In this document: piece by piece, positions 23,944-33,896 of the stretch | How the letters are laid out: each line of letters starts with the position of its first letter | How positions within the stretch are numbered: the stretch's first letter is position 1 | Assembly: GCA_038258615.1 (NCBI GenBank) | Contig: JBBSPR010000001.1 | Location: forward strand, 1 to 54,582 | Origin: Sphingomonadales bacterium | GTDB taxonomy: Bacteria; Pseudomonadota; Alphaproteobacteria; Sphingomonadales; Sphingomonadaceae | Direction: 5' to 3' | Length of the DNA: 54,582 nucleotides | The notes under the pieces: generated by a model | What the model saw: the letters and a program-made list of their open reading frames with translations, nothing else | Database searches by the model: none | What the model was told of the DNA's origin: nothing | Made by a program: the position numbers and the translations under genes

Positions 23944-24096
23944 CGCATCGCCGATACGGCGACCGATGGAAAATGTCACGTTGCGCAACCGTGCTGATTT
24001 CCTGCCGTATGGAGGTGGGGGTGTTCGGTGGGCGGGCATCCCCACGCGGCGCCGGGACGCCTTTCCCGGCGCCGCGTTTGCGCCTAGAGCGTCCCC

Positions 24097-25218
24097 ATGA
24101 GCAGTTCCCCGCAGATGAAGCCCTGGATCGAAGCGATGCACGCCTATGTGCCTGGCAAGGCCCGCATAGGCGCGCGACCGGTGGTGGCGCGGCTGGCCTC
24201 CAACGAAAACCCGTTCGGCCCCAGCCCCAAGGCCATTGCCGCCATGCAGGACGTGCTGGCGCAAGGGCACCGCTATCCCGACCCGGCCTCGACTGCGCTT
24301 CGCGAGGCGCTGGGTGCGCGGCACGGGCTCGATCCGGCGCGGATCATCTGTGGCACCGGCTCGGATGAATTGCTGCACATGGCGGCCAGCGCGTTTGCCG
24401 GCCCGGGGGACGAGATCATCCAGGTTCGCCACGGTTTCGCCGTCTATGAGTTGGCGACGCGCCGTGTCGGCGCGACGCTGGTGGTGGCTCCCGATCGCGA
24501 TTACACCGCCGATGTCGATACCATACTGGCGCTGGTGACGCCGGCGACGAAGCTCGTCTATCTCGCCAACCCCAACAACCCCACCGGCACGATCATCCCT
24601 CCGGCCGAGGTCCGCCGGCTGCACGCCGGGCTGCCGCGCGACGTGCTGCTGGTGCTCGACTGTGCCTATGCCGAGTTCGTGAGCGGCGACTATGAGGACG
24701 GCTTCGGGCTCGCCGACACCCATGGCAATGTGTTCGCGACGCGCACCTTTTCGAAGATCCACGGCCTTGCCGCCGAGCGCATCGGCTGGGGCTATGCCGC
24801 GCCCGCGATCATCGATGCGCTGCACCGGGTGCGGGCACCGTTCAATGTGCCGATGCTTGGCCAGGCCGCTGCGGTTGCAGCGCTCGCCGATCCGGATTGG
24901 ACCGAGCAGGTGCGCGCCCACACCGTCGAATGGCGCGGCTGGCTGGCACGCGAGATCGAGGCGGCGAGCCATGCCCATCTGGGGAATGCCGGCGTGCGGG
25001 TGATCCCGTCGGCCGCCAATTTCCTGCTGCTCGAATTTCCGGAAGCTGGCGATTGCACGGCTGCAGCGGCCAATGCCGCCCTGCTCGAAGCCGGCATTCT
25101 CACCCGCTATCTGGCGGTACAGGGCATGCCGCGCTGCCTGCGCGTGTCGATCGGCACCGAGGCTGAGACGCGCGGCGCGGCGGCGGTGCTCACCGGATTC
25201 ATCGCGGCGGCTGGCTGA
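24097..25218 (+). CDS. hisC: Histidinol-phosphate aminotransferase
   Basis: [24 protein letters not shown]; alternative start 24115. Confidence 0.93.
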   Translation: MSSSPQMKPWIEAMHAYVPGKARIGARPVVARLASNENPFGPSPKAIAAMQDVLAQGHRYPDPASTALREALGARHGLDPARIICGTGSDELLHMAASAFAGPGDEIIQVRHGFAVYELATRRVGATLVVAPDRDYTADVDTILALVTPATKLVYLANPNNPTGTIIPPAEVRRLHAGLPRDVLLVLDCAYAEFVSGDYEDGFGLADTHGNVFATRTFSKIHGLAAERIGWGYAAPAIIDALHRVRAPFNVPMLGQAAAVAALADPDWTEQVRAHTVEWRGWLAREIEAASHAHLGNAGVRVIPSAANFLLLEFPEAGDCTAAAANAALLEAGILTRYLAVQGMPRCLRVSIGTEAETRGAAAVLTGFIAAAG

Positions 25219-26144
25219 TGCTGCCCTTCGCGCGCGTTTCGATCATCGGCATGGGGTTGATCGGCTCCTCGCTGGCGCGCGCCATCCGGGCCCGGATGCC
25301 GACGGTGCGGCTCAGCGTGTCCGACCAGTCGGCAGACGTGCGCGCGCGTGTCGAAGCGCTGGGGCTGGCAGATGATGTGTGCGACCTGCCCGCCACCGCA
25401 GTGATCGATGCCGAACTGGTGATCCTGTGCGTCCCGGTGGGCGCCATGGGGGCCGTGGCGGCCGAGATCGCCGATGATCTCGCCGAGGGCGCGGTCATCA
25501 GCGATGTCGGCTCGGTCAAGGCCAGCGTCCTCGCCGCCCTCACCGCCGCCCTGCCCGCGCATGTGCATGTGGTGCCGGGCCATCCGGTGGCCGGAACCGA
25601 GCGATCGGGGCCGGACGCCGGCTTCGCCACCCTGTTCGATGGCCGCTGGTGCATCCTGACGCCTGAACGCGCCAGCCCGGCTTCGCGGCAGTTGCAGGCG
25701 TTCTGGGAGCGACTGGGCGCCAAGGTGGAGCTGATGGACGCCGCGCATCATGACCGGGTGCTTGCGGTCACCAGTCATCTGCCACACCTCATCGCCTATT
25801 CGATCGTGGGCACCGCAAGCGACCTCGAAACGGTGACGCGGTCGGAGGTCATCAAATATTCCGCCGGCGGATTCCGGGATTTCACGCGCATCGCCGCGTC
25901 CGATCCAGTGATGTGGCGTGATGTGTTCCTCACCAACCGCGAGGCGGTGCTGGAAACGCTCGGCCGCTTCACCGAGGATCTGGTGGCGCTGCAGCGCGCG
26001 ATACGCTGGGGCGAGGGCGACACGCTGGAAGCGCTGTTCACGCGCACGCGCGCCATCCGCCGCAGCATCATCGACGAAGGCCAGGACACCGAAGCCGAAG
26101 ACTTCGGTCGGCCCCACGGGCCGACCGCGGAGGAACCCCGCTGA
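25218..26144 (+). CDS. tyrA: Prephenate/cyclohexadienyl dehydrogenase
   Basis: [36 protein letters not shown]. Confidence 0.93.
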   Translation: MLPFARVSIIGMGLIGSSLARAIRARMPTVRLSVSDQSADVRARVEALGLADDVCDLPATAVIDAELVILCVPVGAMGAVAAEIADDLAEGAVISDVGSVKASVLAALTAALPAHVHVVPGHPVAGTERSGPDAGFATLFDGRWCILTPERASPASRQLQAFWERLGAKVELMDAAHHDRVLAVTSHLPHLIAYSIVGTASDLETVTRSEVIKYSAGGFRDFTRIAASDPVMWRDVFLTNREAVLETLGRFTEDLVALQRAIRWGEGDTLEALFTRTRAIRRSIIDEGQDTEAEDFGRPHGPTAEEPR

Positions 26145-26350
26145 TGCGCGCCATCGGCCTGGCGCTGGTGGGCTTCATGGCTCCCGCACTGCTGTTCGTG
26201 TCGGTTGCGCTGGCGCTCGACCTCCCATGGCAATTGCTGGCGATTTCCGCGACCGCAGCCGTGGGGGCCGTGGCACTGGGGCTCGCGGCATGGTGGCTCA
26301 GCGCACGGCAGCCGGAGGATGAAAAACCGGGGAGCCGCCGCCCGCGCTGA
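26144..26350 (+). CDS. Small two-TM hypothetical protein
   Basis: TGATG coupling to tyrA; two hydrophobic helices and a charged tail. Confidence 0.55.
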   Translation: MRAIGLALVGFMAPALLFVSVALALDLPWQLLAISATAAVGAVALGLAAWWLSARQPEDEKPGSRRPR

Positions 26351-26381
26351 CTGCTCCCCGGCTCCCCGACCGCCGGTCGGA

Positions 26382-27068
26382 TCAACCGCCGGCAGTGACC
26401 GTCTGCAAGGCACTGCCCTGCGCAACCACGGCATTGAAGGCCTTCACAAACGCCTCCACGAGCATCTTGCCATCCTTGCTGCCGCCATAGCCCGAGGCCT
26501 GCGCACCTGCCATCCAGCCTGCCATCGGCACGCCGGCGGCATTGCCGAAGCTGAGCGTCGAGGCTTTCACCTCTCCCGAACCGGCCACCATGGTCTGGCC
26601 GTTCATGGGGCTGATCATGCGGATGCCGGCAGCCACGATCTTCTTCTTGCCGCCGAAACCGCTGAACGCGCCGAGAAGCGCGCCGCCCATCGGCACGCTG
26701 CCGAGCAGGCTTCCGGCAGCGCCCGAGCGCACCAGCCCTTCCATGGCAGCGGTTTTGGCCATGTTGACGCCCTGATCGACCTCCTCCTTGGAGCCGGCAA
26801 TGACGTTGAGCAGGAAGGTGGCGGGCGTGCCGCTCGCAGGGTTGTGCACGGTGAAACAGCCCGATTCGGTGGCCAGTGCGGTGATGAGCGACCGCGGGCT
26901 GCCGAGGCCATATTGGGCCCAGCCCTGGGTATCGCCCTCGACGACGGCGACCGAGCCATAGGATTTTTCGCAGCGAATGAGTTCGACGGCCGGCTCCTTC
27001 GCAGCCAAAGCGGGGCCGGCCGCCAGCAGCAGGGCGCTGCCGACGATGAAATTCTGATATTGGCGCAT
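26382..27068 (-). CDS. Secreted CsgG/HfaB-like protein
   Basis: Signal peptide; C..YGSVAVVE...LGSPRSLI...SGCFTV pattern; Gly-rich hydrophobic segment; GGGAG SD. Family call by eye. Confidence 0.6.
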   Translation of the reverse strand: MRQYQNFIVGSALLLAAGPALAAKEPAVELIRCEKSYGSVAVVEGDTQGWAQYGLGSPRSLITALATESGCFTVHNPASGTPATFLLNVIAGSKEEVDQGVNMAKTAAMEGLVRSGAAGSLLGSVPMGGALLGAFSGFGGKKKIVAAGIRMISPMNGQTMVAGSGEVKASTLSFGNAAGVPMAGWMAGAQASGYGGSKDGKMLVEAFVKAFNAVVAQGSALQTVTAGG

Positions 27069-27182
27069 CACTATGCTCCCAAAAAGCGATGATCCCGGCG
27101 TCGCCACAAGCCACCATCGGGGCCAGCCGCATTGTAGAAACGCGACAGGCCATGCAATATATTGTTAATTCTTGTGTTTCGT

Positions 27183-28133
27183 TCAGCGCAAGCGCGGGCA
27201 ATCGGGCTGCTGGTCGCGGCGAGGGCGGCGCGACAGATCGGGAAGCGGTGCCAGCGACAGCGCTTCATAAGGGCCGGAAAAGGCCAGCCGCAGCGGCACG
27301 CGCAGCCGCTTTTCGCGGGGTGGCGCGGTGCCGGCAAAAGCGGCTGCGACGGCATTGGGGCAGACGGTGGTGAGCGTGCCGGCGACCTGCAGCCCGGTGC
27401 GCTCCCGTGGCACCAGCGTGGCGCTGGCGGACACGACCTCGCCATGGCCATCGGACAGGGTAAGGCTGGTGAGTTCGAGCGTGCCGCCCTGCGCCCAGCG
27501 ATCATAGCCGGTCAGCCGCGCCGCACCGGTGGCGAGCACTTCCGCCGCCATCGTCAGTGCGTCACTCCCCGCCAGCCGCAGCCGTGTGCCGGCGAGAACG
27601 AGCTGGCCGCGCGGCGCGAAGCTGGGCGACGATGCCGGTGCGGACGGATCGGCGCGCTCGCGCAGGTGCATTTCGAGGGTGTCGGCCGTGATCGGCACCG
27701 GGCTGCCCCCGAGGCGGACGCGTGCAGCCTGGAAGATGGTCGACTGGCGGCGCAGCCGGCCTTCCCCCCAGTTGATGCTCGCCGTGGCGGAGCGCGCCTC
27801 GACCGAAGCGCGGATGGCCGGGCTGACCGTGGCGCTGACGCGCGGCGCTTCGAGGCGAACCACAGTCAGTTCACGCTGCCACGGTCCACGGTTGATCCGG
27901 GCCGCCGCCGCACCGGCACGCAGCGCGACGACCTCGCCGAGCTGCACCGCCGGATTGGCGACGCTTGCTTCCAGCCTGTAGGGAAAACCGCCGATGACGA
28001 GCGTTTCCGCCGGCAGCCATTGCGCCAGCTCGGCCTCGAACGCATCCGCCCAGCCACGCCAGAGCAAAAAATACAGGCCGCCGGCGGCGAACAGCGGCAC
28101 CAGGGTGAGCCAGAGCGGAATACGGCGCTTCAT
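27183..28133 (-). CDS. DUF2125-like exported protein
   Basis: N-terminal TM helix followed by IGGFPYRLE; ATGA overlap with the acyltransferase. Confidence 0.65.
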   Translation of the reverse strand: MKRRIPLWLTLVPLFAAGGLYFLLWRGWADAFEAELAQWLPAETLVIGGFPYRLEASVANPAVQLGEVVALRAGAAAARINRGPWQRELTVVRLEAPRVSATVSPAIRASVEARSATASINWGEGRLRRQSTIFQAARVRLGGSPVPITADTLEMHLRERADPSAPASSPSFAPRGQLVLAGTRLRLAGSDALTMAAEVLATGAARLTGYDRWAQGGTLELTSLTLSDGHGEVVSASATLVPRERTGLQVAGTLTTVCPNAVAAAFAGTAPPREKRLRVPLRLAFSGPYEALSLAPLPDLSRRPRRDQQPDCPRLR

Positions 28134-28816
28134 GCCGTCTCCAACGCGTTGATGGCGGCATGGACCCGCGCCTCGATGGCTTCGCGCGGCAGGCCGGGCG
28201 GTATGCTCTCCCCCACCCGCATGGTCACGGTGCCGGGGTGCTTGACGAAATCGCGCGTCCAGATGTGGCCGGAATCAAGGGCGATCGGCACCACCGGATA
28301 GCGGCTGACCTTGTACAGCCCCGCGAAACCGGCAGCGAGCGGCGGCACCTGCCCGGCCGGCACACGGGTGCCTTCGGGAAAGATGACGATAGGGCGGTCT
28401 GCCGCCACGGCGCGCTGGGCGGCCCGCATCATCGCGCGCAGCGAAGCCGAGGAGCCGGTGCGATCGACGAAGATCGCGCCCTGTCGCGCTGCAGCCCAGC
28501 CCCAGAAGGGGATGCGCTGCAGCTCGGCCTTCATCACCGTGGCGGGCTTTTCGAACAGCGCCAGCAGCGCGATGGTTTCATAGGCGCTCTGGTGCTTGAT
28601 CGCGATGAGCACCGGGCCTTGCGGAAGCTCGCCTTCGATGCGCAGCCGGATGCCGAGGATGTGGCGTGACGTGAACAGGAACCACTGGCCCCAGGCCCGC
28701 GGGATGATGAAGCGCGCCCCTTCCGCAAACAGGCTGAACAGCAACGTGCCGAGCACGATCGGCACGGTGCCCGCATAGAAGACCAGCTGGAAGACAAGGG
28801 TACGCAGCAAGGCCAT
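28130..28816 (-). CDS. plsC: Lysophospholipid (1-acyl-G3P) acyltransferase family
   Basis: KHQSAYET, FVDR, IFPEGTR, PVVPIAL. Confidence 0.85.
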   Translation of the reverse strand: MALLRTLVFQLVFYAGTVPIVLGTLLFSLFAEGARFIIPRAWGQWFLFTSRHILGIRLRIEGELPQGPVLIAIKHQSAYETIALLALFEKPATVMKAELQRIPFWGWAAARQGAIFVDRTGSSASLRAMMRAAQRAVAADRPIVIFPEGTRVPAGQVPPLAAGFAGLYKVSRYPVVPIALDSGHIWTRDFVKHPGTVTMRVGESIPPGLPREAIEARVHAAINALETA

Positions 28817-28819
28817 GGC

Positions 28820-29422
28820 TCAGCCGAGGCCGATGTTCAGCGCCAGCCAGCGGGCGAGGAATTTCGTATATTCCCAGGGAATACCGGGGGCACCCACCTC
28901 GTGCGGCACGGCATCGGGCACCACGCGGACATTTGCGGGCAGCACGCGCGACAGCTCCAGCCGGGCACGGCGCATATGGCTGGCGGAGGTGACCAGCCGC
29001 AACGACCGTACCTGGCGGCGCGTGACCCAGCTTGCCGTCTCCTCCGCATTGGAGCGCGTATCGACGGCGCCATAGCCGAGATCGGTGGTGGTGAAGGCAC
29101 TCATGGGAATATTGGCGGCCTCGGCGATCATCGCCATCGAACTGCTGGGCTTGACGCCCGAGATGAGCATGCGCGGTGCAGCCCCCGCCTGCAGCACCTC
29201 GACGCCGCGCGCCAGCCGGCCGGCGCCACCGGTGAGAACGACGACGGCATCGGTGCGGGTCGCGAGGGGGGCGGCGGCGGGGAGGGTAAGGCTGAACCAG
29301 AGGAGCCCGGCAACCCAGCCGAGCGCCACGACGGCGACGAGCCGCAGCGCCGCGCCGGCGAAACCACGGCTGCGCCTGCGCGGGCGAGCGCCGATGACCA
29401 TGGGGCGCGGCTTGCGGTTCAC
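28820..29422 (-). CDS. YdcF/DUF218 family membrane protein
   Basis: DAVVVLTGG, LISG, DTRSNAEE, LVTSASHMRR; GTGA overlap with mltG. Confidence 0.85.
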   Translation of the reverse strand: MNRKPRPMVIGARPRRRSRGFAGAALRLVAVVALGWVAGLLWFSLTLPAAAPLATRTDAVVVLTGGAGRLARGVEVLQAGAAPRMLISGVKPSSSMAMIAEAANIPMSAFTTTDLGYGAVDTRSNAEETASWVTRRQVRSLRLVTSASHMRRARLELSRVLPANVRVVPDAVPHEVGAPGIPWEYTKFLARWLALNIGLG

Positions 29423-30393
29423 ATCTCGCCCCGGCTGCGGCGCAGCGCATACCAGCGCGCGACATTGGCATTGTGCTCGGCCAGCGTGTCCGCGAAGACA
29501 TGGCCGCCGGTGCCATCCGCCACGAAATACAGCGCATCGGTTTCAGCCGGATCGAGCACGGCCTCGATGCTGGCGCGGCCGGGGTTGGCGATCGCGCCGG
29601 CCGGCAGGCCGGGCTTCAGATAGGTGTTGTAGCCATTGTCGGTCGCGAGCTCGGAGCGCAGGATGCGGCGGCCGAGCGGCTTTCCCAAGGTAACCGGGTA
29701 GATGACGGTGGGATCGGCATCGAGCTTCATGCCGATGCGCAGGCGATTGGAGTAAACCCCTGCAATCGTTCGACGTTCGGATGCCTTGCCGGTCTCTTTC
29801 TCGACGATGGAGGCGAGGATGACGGCTTCCTGAGGGGTGTTGACGACGGTGCCCGGGCGGCGCTTGGGCCAGAGCTCGGCGAGGGTGCGCTCCATGGCGG
29901 CGGTCATGCGCGCAACAACGGCGCTGCGGGCCTCGCCGCGAGCGAAATCATAGGTTTCGGGCAATGCAGCACCCTCGGGGGGCGGTGTGACCGGGCCGGA
30001 AAGCCGGGGGTCGGCGCGAAGTCGCTCGGCAATCACGATCGATGGGGTCCCCTCCGGAATGGTCAGTGTCAGCCGTACCACCTTGCCCGCCTGCATCGCC
30101 GTGATCCAGTGCTTCCAGGCATCGTCGCGGCGCAGCGCATAGCGGCCGGCCTGGATCGGCGCATCGCCGGCATGGAGGCGGGCGAGCAGGCGGAACTGGC
30201 GCGGCGAATCGATCAGGCCGGCGGTCTGCAGCAGACCGGCGACGCCGGATTGCGATGTGCCGCGGGGAATTTCCACCTCGATCGGCGCCCCCGGGTCACT
30301 GAACCAGCCGTGCCAGGGGCCGAGGAACGCAGGCACGGCAAGGGCGACAAGCAGGACCAGGAAGGTCGGGACCAGCGCCCTGAATCTCCGCAT
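29419..30393 (-). CDS. mltG: Endolytic transglycosylase MltG
   Basis: LASIVEKET, NRLRIGMKLDADPTV, YNTY..PGLP.GAIANPG, LYFVA. Confidence 0.93.
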   Translation of the reverse strand: MRRFRALVPTFLVLLVALAVPAFLGPWHGWFSDPGAPIEVEIPRGTSQSGVAGLLQTAGLIDSPRQFRLLARLHAGDAPIQAGRYALRRDDAWKHWITAMQAGKVVRLTLTIPEGTPSIVIAERLRADPRLSGPVTPPPEGAALPETYDFARGEARSAVVARMTAAMERTLAELWPKRRPGTVVNTPQEAVILASIVEKETGKASERRTIAGVYSNRLRIGMKLDADPTVIYPVTLGKPLGRRILRSELATDNGYNTYLKPGLPAGAIANPGRASIEAVLDPAETDALYFVADGTGGHVFADTLAEHNANVARWYALRRSRGEM

Positions 30394-30408
30394 GGTCCGC
30401 GTGGCCGC

Positions 30409-31671
30409 TCAGACGCCGCGCATGATGAGCGTCGCGTTGGTGCCGCCGAAGCCGAAGCTGTTGTTGAGCACCGCGCGGATGCGGCGCGGCTTGGCGGTGT
30501 GCGGCACCAGATCGACGCCCACACAGGCATCCGACGGATCGTCGAGGTTGAGGGTGGGCGGCGCTACCTGGTCGCGCATCGCCAGCACGCAGAAGATCGA
30601 TTCCACCGCGCCGGCGCCGCCGAGCAAATGGCCGATGGCCGATTTGGTGGAGGACATCGACAGGTTGCCGAGATCGGCACCGAACAGCCGGCGCACCGCA
30701 CCGAGTTCGAGCTCATCGCCCATCGGGGTCGAGGTGCCGTGGGCGTTGACATAGTCGATATCGGCGGTGGACAGGCCGGACTTCTTGATCGCCATCGCCA
30801 TCGAGCGGAAGGCGCCCGAACCTTCGGGGTGCGGGGCAGTGACATGCCAAGCATCGCCCGACAGGCCATAGCCGATGACTTCGGCATAGATTTTGGCACC
30901 GCGCGCCTTGGCGCGCTCATATTCCTCGAGCACCACCACGCCGGCCCCCTCGCCCATCACGAAGCCATCGCGGCCCTTGTCATAGGGTCGGCTGGCGCGG
31001 GTGGGATCGTCGTTGTAGCCGGTGGAAAGCGCCTTGGCCTGGCTGAAGCCGGCGATGCCGAGCGGGCAGATGGCGCCCTCGGCACCGCCGGCCAGCATCA
31101 CATCGGCATCATCGAGGGCGATCATCCGCGCCGCGTCGCCGATGGCATGGGCGCCCGACGAGCAGGCGGTGACGACGGCATGGTTGGGGCCCATCAGGCC
31201 GTATTTGATGCTGACCTGGCCTGAGATCAGGTTGATGAGCCGGCCATGGACGAAGTGCGGCGACACGCGGCGCGGGCCCTTGGCGGCGAGCACCAGCGAT
31301 TCGGATTCGATGCCCGGCAGGCCGCCGATGCCCGAGCCGATCGAGCAGCCGGCGCGGAAGCGCTCCTCCTCGGTCATGTCGGTGAGGCCGGCATCCTCGA
31401 TCGCCTGGCCGGCGGCATCGATGCCGTAGATGATGAAAGGATCGACCTGGCGCTGGACCTTGTAGTCGACGCGGGTGTCGGCATTGAAGGTCTCGCCGCT
31501 GCCATCGCCGCGCAGCACTTCGCAGGCGATGCGGCAGACATAATCGGTGGCATCGAAGCGCGTGATCGGCCGGGCGCCCGAGCGCGACGCGAGGATGCTC
31601 GCCCAGACGGTTTCCACATCGGACCCGAGCGGGGTCACCATGCCCAGGCCCGTTATCACCACACGACGCAT
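30409..31671 (-). CDS. fabF: 3-oxoacyl-ACP synthase II
   Basis: TACSSG, NAHGTST, KSAIGHLLG, NSFGFGG. Confidence 0.97.
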   Translation of the reverse strand: MRRVVITGLGMVTPLGSDVETVWASILASRSGARPITRFDATDYVCRIACEVLRGDGSGETFNADTRVDYKVQRQVDPFIIYGIDAAGQAIEDAGLTDMTEEERFRAGCSIGSGIGGLPGIESESLVLAAKGPRRVSPHFVHGRLINLISGQVSIKYGLMGPNHAVVTACSSGAHAIGDAARMIALDDADVMLAGGAEGAICPLGIAGFSQAKALSTGYNDDPTRASRPYDKGRDGFVMGEGAGVVVLEEYERAKARGAKIYAEVIGYGLSGDAWHVTAPHPEGSGAFRSMAMAIKKSGLSTADIDYVNAHGTSTPMGDELELGAVRRLFGADLGNLSMSSTKSAIGHLLGGAGAVESIFCVLAMRDQVAPPTLNLDDPSDACVGVDLVPHTAKPRRIRAVLNNSFGFGGTNATLIMRGV

Positions 31672-31718
31672 GCTGTCATAATCCCTTCAAAGCCGGCCTG
31701 TTGGCGGCGGATGGTCAA

Positions 31719-31749
31719 ACGGCCCTTCGCGGGGTGCGCGAAGGGCCGT
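31719..31749 (-). terminator. Stable hairpin between acpP and fabF (weak terminator or stabiliser)
   Basis: Perfect 13-bp stem ACGGCCCTTCGCG/CGCGAAGGGCCGT with 5-nt loop; only a short U run follows on the minus strand. Confidence 0.55.
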
Positions 31750-31805
31750 CTGTCCAGCATGCCGCAATGCAGCCCCCGGCAAGCTGCCCGGGGCCGCCGA
31801 TGGCA

Positions 31806-32045
31806 TCAGCCCTTGGCGTTGGCGGCGATGAAGCCGATCGCATCCTTGACGGTGAGGATCTTTTCGGCGGCGTCGTCCGGAATTTCCACGCCGAACTCTT
31901 CCTCGAACGCCATCACCAGCTCGACAGTATCGAGGCTGTCGGCGCCGAGATCGTCGATGAAGCTGGCATCTTCGGTGACCTTGTCGGCCTCGACACCGAG
32001 ATGCTCGACAACGATCTTCTTCACGCGGTCGGCAACGTCGCTCAT
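31806..32045 (-). CDS. acpP: Acyl carrier protein
   Basis: [20 protein letters not shown]. Confidence 0.97.
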   Translation of the reverse strand: MSDVADRVKKIVVEHLGVEADKVTEDASFIDDLGADSLDTVELVMAFEEEFGVEIPDDAAEKILTVKDAIGFIAANAKG

Positions 32046-32199
32046 GGGAACCCCTTCAATAACGAATTTGGTGGAAGAAACTGTGATCTACTGCAAGACA
32101 CGGCACTAGCGGTGCTATGCCCGGCTGACAAGAGCAGCCGGGCGTGAATATGGCGGGATTGGGGCGGCTTTCAAGGCCCGCCACCCGCAGCAGCGCCGC

Positions 32200-32937
32200 T
32201 CAGGGCATCGCCATGCCGCCATTCACATGGATCGTCTGGCCGGTGACATAGCCTGCCTCGCGGCTGGCCAGCCAGACCAGCGCCGCCGCCACCTCATCGC
32301 CCTCGCCGAGCCGGCCGGCAGGGATGCGCGCCAGCAGCGCCGTCGTCTGGGCTTCGGCAAGGGCGGCGGTCATCGGCGAGGCGATGAAGCCGGGGGCGAC
32401 GCAATTGACGGTGATGCCCCGGCTCGCCAGCTCCTGCGCCAGCGCCTTGGACATGCCGATCAGCCCCGCCTTGGCCGCGGCATAATTGGCCTGGCCCGGG
32501 TTGCCTGTCACGCCCACCACCGAGGTGATCGAGATGATCCGGCCGAAGCGCGCCTTCATCATCGGCCGCGACGCCGCGCGGGCGAGGCGGAACGCCGCCT
32601 CGAGATTGACCTGGTGAACAGCGTGCCACTCCTCGTCCTTCATCCGCATCACCAGATTGTCCCGGGTAATGCCGGCGTTGTTGACGAGGATGTCCAGCTT
32701 GCCGAGTGCGGCCAGCGCTGCCGGCACAAGCGCCTCGACCTGTTCGGCATCGGCGAGGTTGCACGGCAGCGTGACATGGTCACCGCCCAGCTCTGCGGCG
32801 AGAGCCGCCAGCTTTTCGGCGCTGGTGCCCGAGAGCGCCAGCCGCGCCCCCTGCCCTGCCAGCGCGCGCGCGATGGCGGCGCCGATGCCGCCGGTGGCGC
32901 CCGTCACAAGCGCCGTCATGCCAGTGAGATCGAACAT
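32200..32937 (-). CDS. fabG: 3-oxoacyl-ACP reductase
   Basis: TGATGGIG, NNAGITRD, YAAAK, HVNGGM. Confidence 0.95.
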   Translation of the reverse strand: MFDLTGMTALVTGATGGIGAAIARALAGQGARLALSGTSAEKLAALAAELGGDHVTLPCNLADAEQVEALVPAALAALGKLDILVNNAGITRDNLVMRMKDEEWHAVHQVNLEAAFRLARAASRPMMKARFGRIISITSVVGVTGNPGQANYAAAKAGLIGMSKALAQELASRGITVNCVAPGFIASPMTAALAEAQTTALLARIPAGRLGEGDEVAAALVWLASREAGYVTGQTIHVNGGMAMP

Positions 32938-32939
32938 GC

Positions 32940-33896
32940 TCAAAGCTCCTTCGCCAGCGCTTCGACGCCGGCCATGTCGGCGGCGGTGAGCATCTTCATG
33001 TCCGGCGTGATGCGCCGCACCATCGGGCCGAGCACCTTGCCGCCGAGCTCGACGAGCGTGGTGACGCCGAGATCGGCCATCGCCAGCACCGATTCCCGCC
33101 AGCGCACGGTGCCGGTGACCTGCGCCACAAGAAGCGCGCGAATGGCATCGACATCATGGACCGGAGCGGCGGTCACATTGGCGATGAGCGGTACCACCGG
33201 CGCCACCAGCGGCGCATCGGCAAGGGCTGCCGCCATCGCATCGGCGGCGGGCTGCATCAGCGCGCAGTGGAACGGGGCCGAGACCGGCAGCAGCACGGAA
33301 TGCCGGGCGCCGCGGGTGCGTGCCAGTGCCATGGCGCGCGCAACTGCCGGGGTATGACCCGACACGACCACCTGACCGTTTGCATTGTCGTTCGCAGCCT
33401 GCACCAGTTCGGTCGCGGTGCAGGCTTCGGCGGCGATCGCCACGACATCGTCGAAGCCGAGCCCGAGCAGTGCGGCCATGGCACCCTCGCCAGCGGGGAC
33501 CGCCGCCTGCATCGCGTCCCCGCGCACGCGCAGCAGCCGCGCCGTGGCCGCGAGCGGCAGTGTGCGCGCCGCGCAAAGGGCGGTGTATTCGCCCAGGCTG
33601 TGTCCGGCGACATAGCTGGCCTTGTCGGCGAGCAGCATGCCGGCTTCCGCCTCCAGCACGCGCAGCGCGGCGATGCCGACCGCCATGATCGCCGGCTGGG
33701 CGTTGGCCGTAAGGGTCAGTGCCGCTTCGGGGCCCTCCCACATCAGCTGGCTGAGCTTCTGGCCCAGCGCATCATCGACTTCTTCGAAAACCGCACGAGC
33801 GACCGGGCTGGAATCGGCAAGGCCACGGCCCATGCCGATGACCTGGCTCCCCTGGCCAGGAAAGATGAAGGCGCGAATTGTGGTTCTCCCCAACAT
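32940..33896 (-). CDS. fabD: Malonyl-CoA:ACP transacylase (start either ATG 33896 or ATT 33878)
   Basis: FPGQGSQ, GHSLGEY, VSAPFHC, TVRW. Confidence 0.93.
   Translation of the reverse strand: MLGRTTIRAFIFPGQGSQVIGMGRGLADSSPVARAVFEEVDDALGQKLSQLMWEGPEAALTLTANAQPAIMAVGIAALRVLEAEAGMLLADKASYVAGHSLGEYTALCAARTLPLAATARLLRVRGDAMQAAVPAGEGAMAALLGLGFDDVVAIAAEACTATELVQAANDNANGQVVVSGHTPAVARAMALARTRGARHSVLLPVSAPFHCALMQPAADAMAAALADAPLVAPVVPLIANVTAAPVHDVDAIRALLVAQVTGTVRWRESVLAMADLGVTTLVELGGKVLGPMVRRITPDMKMLTAADMAGVEALAKEL

Noticed and set aside
23944-24096. Possible SAM-II riboswitch upstream of metX (CCGTGCTGATTT near 23990)
   Set aside because: The motif is on the wrong strand for metX and the downstream GCTAAA element is missing; a cmscan against Rfam would settle it
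22804-24978. Long 5' ORF extensions (metX 724 aa; likewise mutL 691 aa, L,D-transpeptidase 645 aa, purF 696 aa)
   Set aside because: The extensions overlap real genes on the opposite strand; family N-termini support the shorter starts
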